NCBI GenBank assembly: GCA_963611795.1
Contig: CAVDSZ010000007.1
Coordinates: 21,014-85,013, forward strand
From: Akkermansia muciniphila
GTDB taxonomy: Bacteria; Bacillota; Clostridia; Oscillospirales; CAG-272
Direction of reading: 5' to 3'
DNA: 64,000 bases
Position 1 is the first letter of the stretch, and each line of letters opens with the position of its first letter. The position numbers and the translations under genes are program-made. Under the pieces are notes generated by a model. The model worked only from the letters and a program-made list of their open reading frames with translations, made no database searches and had not been told where the DNA came from. Positions 62,938-64,000 of the stretch are shown in pieces.

Positions 62938-63504
62938 TTATTCTGTTTCTTCGCTTTGGCCGTTGTCCCGTGCTTCCATCTCTTCGAGGATTGCCTGCAA
63001 AGGCGCCCATCTCGGATCCGGCTCTTCTCTGCAGTCACAGTCACCCGTGTTGAGGTCGCGCCCGCATTTCGGACACAGCCCACGACAATCGGGACGACAG
63101 AGAATCTTGCGAGGGAACTCGAGTTCGAGCAGCTCGACCAGTTGCTCGTCCATATCGAGGAACCCGTCCTCCACAATGGCGTAGTCGTCGAGCACATCTT
63201 CATCGAGCCCGGTGAGCAGATTCTTCGGTGCTACCGTTTTCTCAAGAGAGAAGGAGAACTTGCCGTGTGTCTCAGCGAGACAGCGCGCGCAGGGAGCCGT
63301 GTAATCAAGGGACAGATTCAGGCTCATTCGCATATACCCCGCGGTATTGGCGATTTCTCCGTTAACCTCCATTGGAGAAGGAAAACGAACGCCGTACAAA
63401 CTACTCTTGGGATCCTCCGTCATGGCGGAGTCGAGGACAATCGTGTAGTGTATCGGGAGTACGCGGCATTCTTCCGCGATAAGACCTCTCAAATCCAACT
63501 TCAC
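62938..63504 (-). CDS. yceD: YceD/DUF177-family protein (upstream partner of rpmF)
   Basis: The position directly upstream of rpmF is conserved. The C-terminal CxxxCxGLCPKCGxxLN..C.C motif is present (CRPDCRGLCPKCGRDLNTGDCDC). GTG start follows GGAGGA. Confidence 0.8.
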   Translation of the reverse strand: MKLDLRGLIAEECRVLPIHYTIVLDSAMTEDPKSSLYGVRFPSPMEVNGEIANTAGYMRMSLNLSLDYTAPCARCLAETHGKFSFSLEKTVAPKNLLTGLDEDVLDDYAIVEDGFLDMDEQLVELLELEFPRKILCRPDCRGLCPKCGRDLNTGDCDCREEPDPRWAPLQAILEEMEARDNGQSEETE

Positions 63505-63566
63505 GTTCGTTTCCTCCGTTTGGGAACAGCCGGCGTTGTGGCAAAACCACTTACGCCATGCACACT

Positions 63567-63595
63567 ATTATAACGATTATTTTCAGACTTGTCAA
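63567..63595 (-). promoter_or_regulatory. Consensus promoter of yceD-rpmF
   Basis: Minus strand reads TTGACA (63590-63595), 17 nt spacer, TATAAT (63567-63572). Confidence 0.75.
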
Positions 63596-63655
63596 GAAAA
63601 ACAAACAAAAAATACAAAGAAAATCGCAGAGCGAGGATTGTTTACGCCACTTTCA

Positions 63656-63685
63656 TTGACAAGGCGGGCAATCGTATGCTACAAT
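63656..63685 (+). promoter_or_regulatory. Promoter of the rightmost partial gene
   Basis: TTGACA (63656-63661), 18 nt spacer, TACAAT (63680-63685). Confidence 0.6.
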
Positions 63686-63728
63686 GACGAAAAAGAGCCG
63701 TTTGAACGGCTCGCGTAGAGGTGCCATA

Positions 63729-64000
63729 TTGTCGGATTATGAACGGTATGCCGACTATGATCGCGGGGAGGACGAGGAGCCGCTCGGTCCGCCTCCGTCG
63801 CGTTTCAGCGTCGTCATCAAAAGAATACTGAAAACGCTGTTGATTCTGCTGCTCGCCGTCGCCTGCCTGACGATGCTTTTTCGCATGATTGTCTCGGGGT
63901 ACTATCCCGGGGAAATGAAGCGCCTGTATCGCACGGAGGCGCTCTCTGCGTATGTTGCCGCCACGGGCGTTCAGCCGACGGTCACGACACAGAAGATTCG
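63729..64000 (+). CDS. Hypothetical membrane protein, N-terminal fragment (runs off the right edge)
   Basis: Manual translation from TTG 63729 (GAGGTG lies 5 nt upstream) gives LSDYERYADYDRGEDEEPLGPPPSRFSVVIKRILKTLLILLLAVACLTMLFRMIVSGYYPGE..., with one clear TM and an open frame to the window end. The start codon is uncertain. Confidence 0.4.
   Translation, partial: MSDYERYADYDRGEDEEPLGPPPSRFSVVIKRILKTLLILLLAVACLTMLFRMIVSGYYPGEMKRLYRTEALSAYVAATGVQPTVTTQKI

Overview
64 kb from a high-GC Firmicutes (Clostridia-type) chromosome, judged from SpoVB, AddB, four T-box leaders, strong GGAGG ribosome-binding sites and many near-consensus TTGACA-17-TATAAT promoters. All calls come from reading the sequence and from remembered family signatures; no database search was run. 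(1) 1-14.2 kb is housekeeping: addB (partial), an atypical OmpR-like regulator, a Noc/ParB-like protein, spoVB, two CNNM/CorC-type proteins, a DUF1273/SLOG protein, a YbjN-like protein, asnB, an SDR, and metA-metY behind a Met T-box. (2) 14.9-29.6 kb is the most unusual part. Three T-box leaders lie in series on the + strand, with apparent Leu (CUC), Ile (AUC) and Val (GUA) specifiers. Each gates a different AMP-forming acyl-CoA-ligase fusion gene. One ligase is preceded by a catalytically dead isopropylmalate-synthase look-alike; the other two carry an N-terminal XRE-HTH+cupin module. The series ends in ilvE, an orphan P-loop ATPase and a four-subunit 2-oxoacid:ferredoxin oxidoreductase. I read this as a candidate regulon for making Leu/Ile/Val from branched short-chain fatty acids by reductive carboxylation. 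(3) 29.7-34.6 kb holds copA, alr, an HD hydrolase and tRNA-Tyr. (4) 34.6-61.2 kb is an accessory-looking block next to tRNA-Tyr. It starts with a 3186-aa BspA-type LRR lipoprotein. Then comes one operon encoding a membrane protein, a MoxR AAA+ ATPase, DUF58 and two BatA_N/vWA proteins, with a 923-aa LRR lipoprotein translationally coupled to the last vWA gene and a 1688-aa repeat lipoprotein following. (5) 61.2-64 kb holds a MATE transporter, rpmF, yceD and a partial membrane protein. No CRISPR array, transposase, integrase or rRNA was seen. Many long antisense ORFs in the track are high-GC artefacts.
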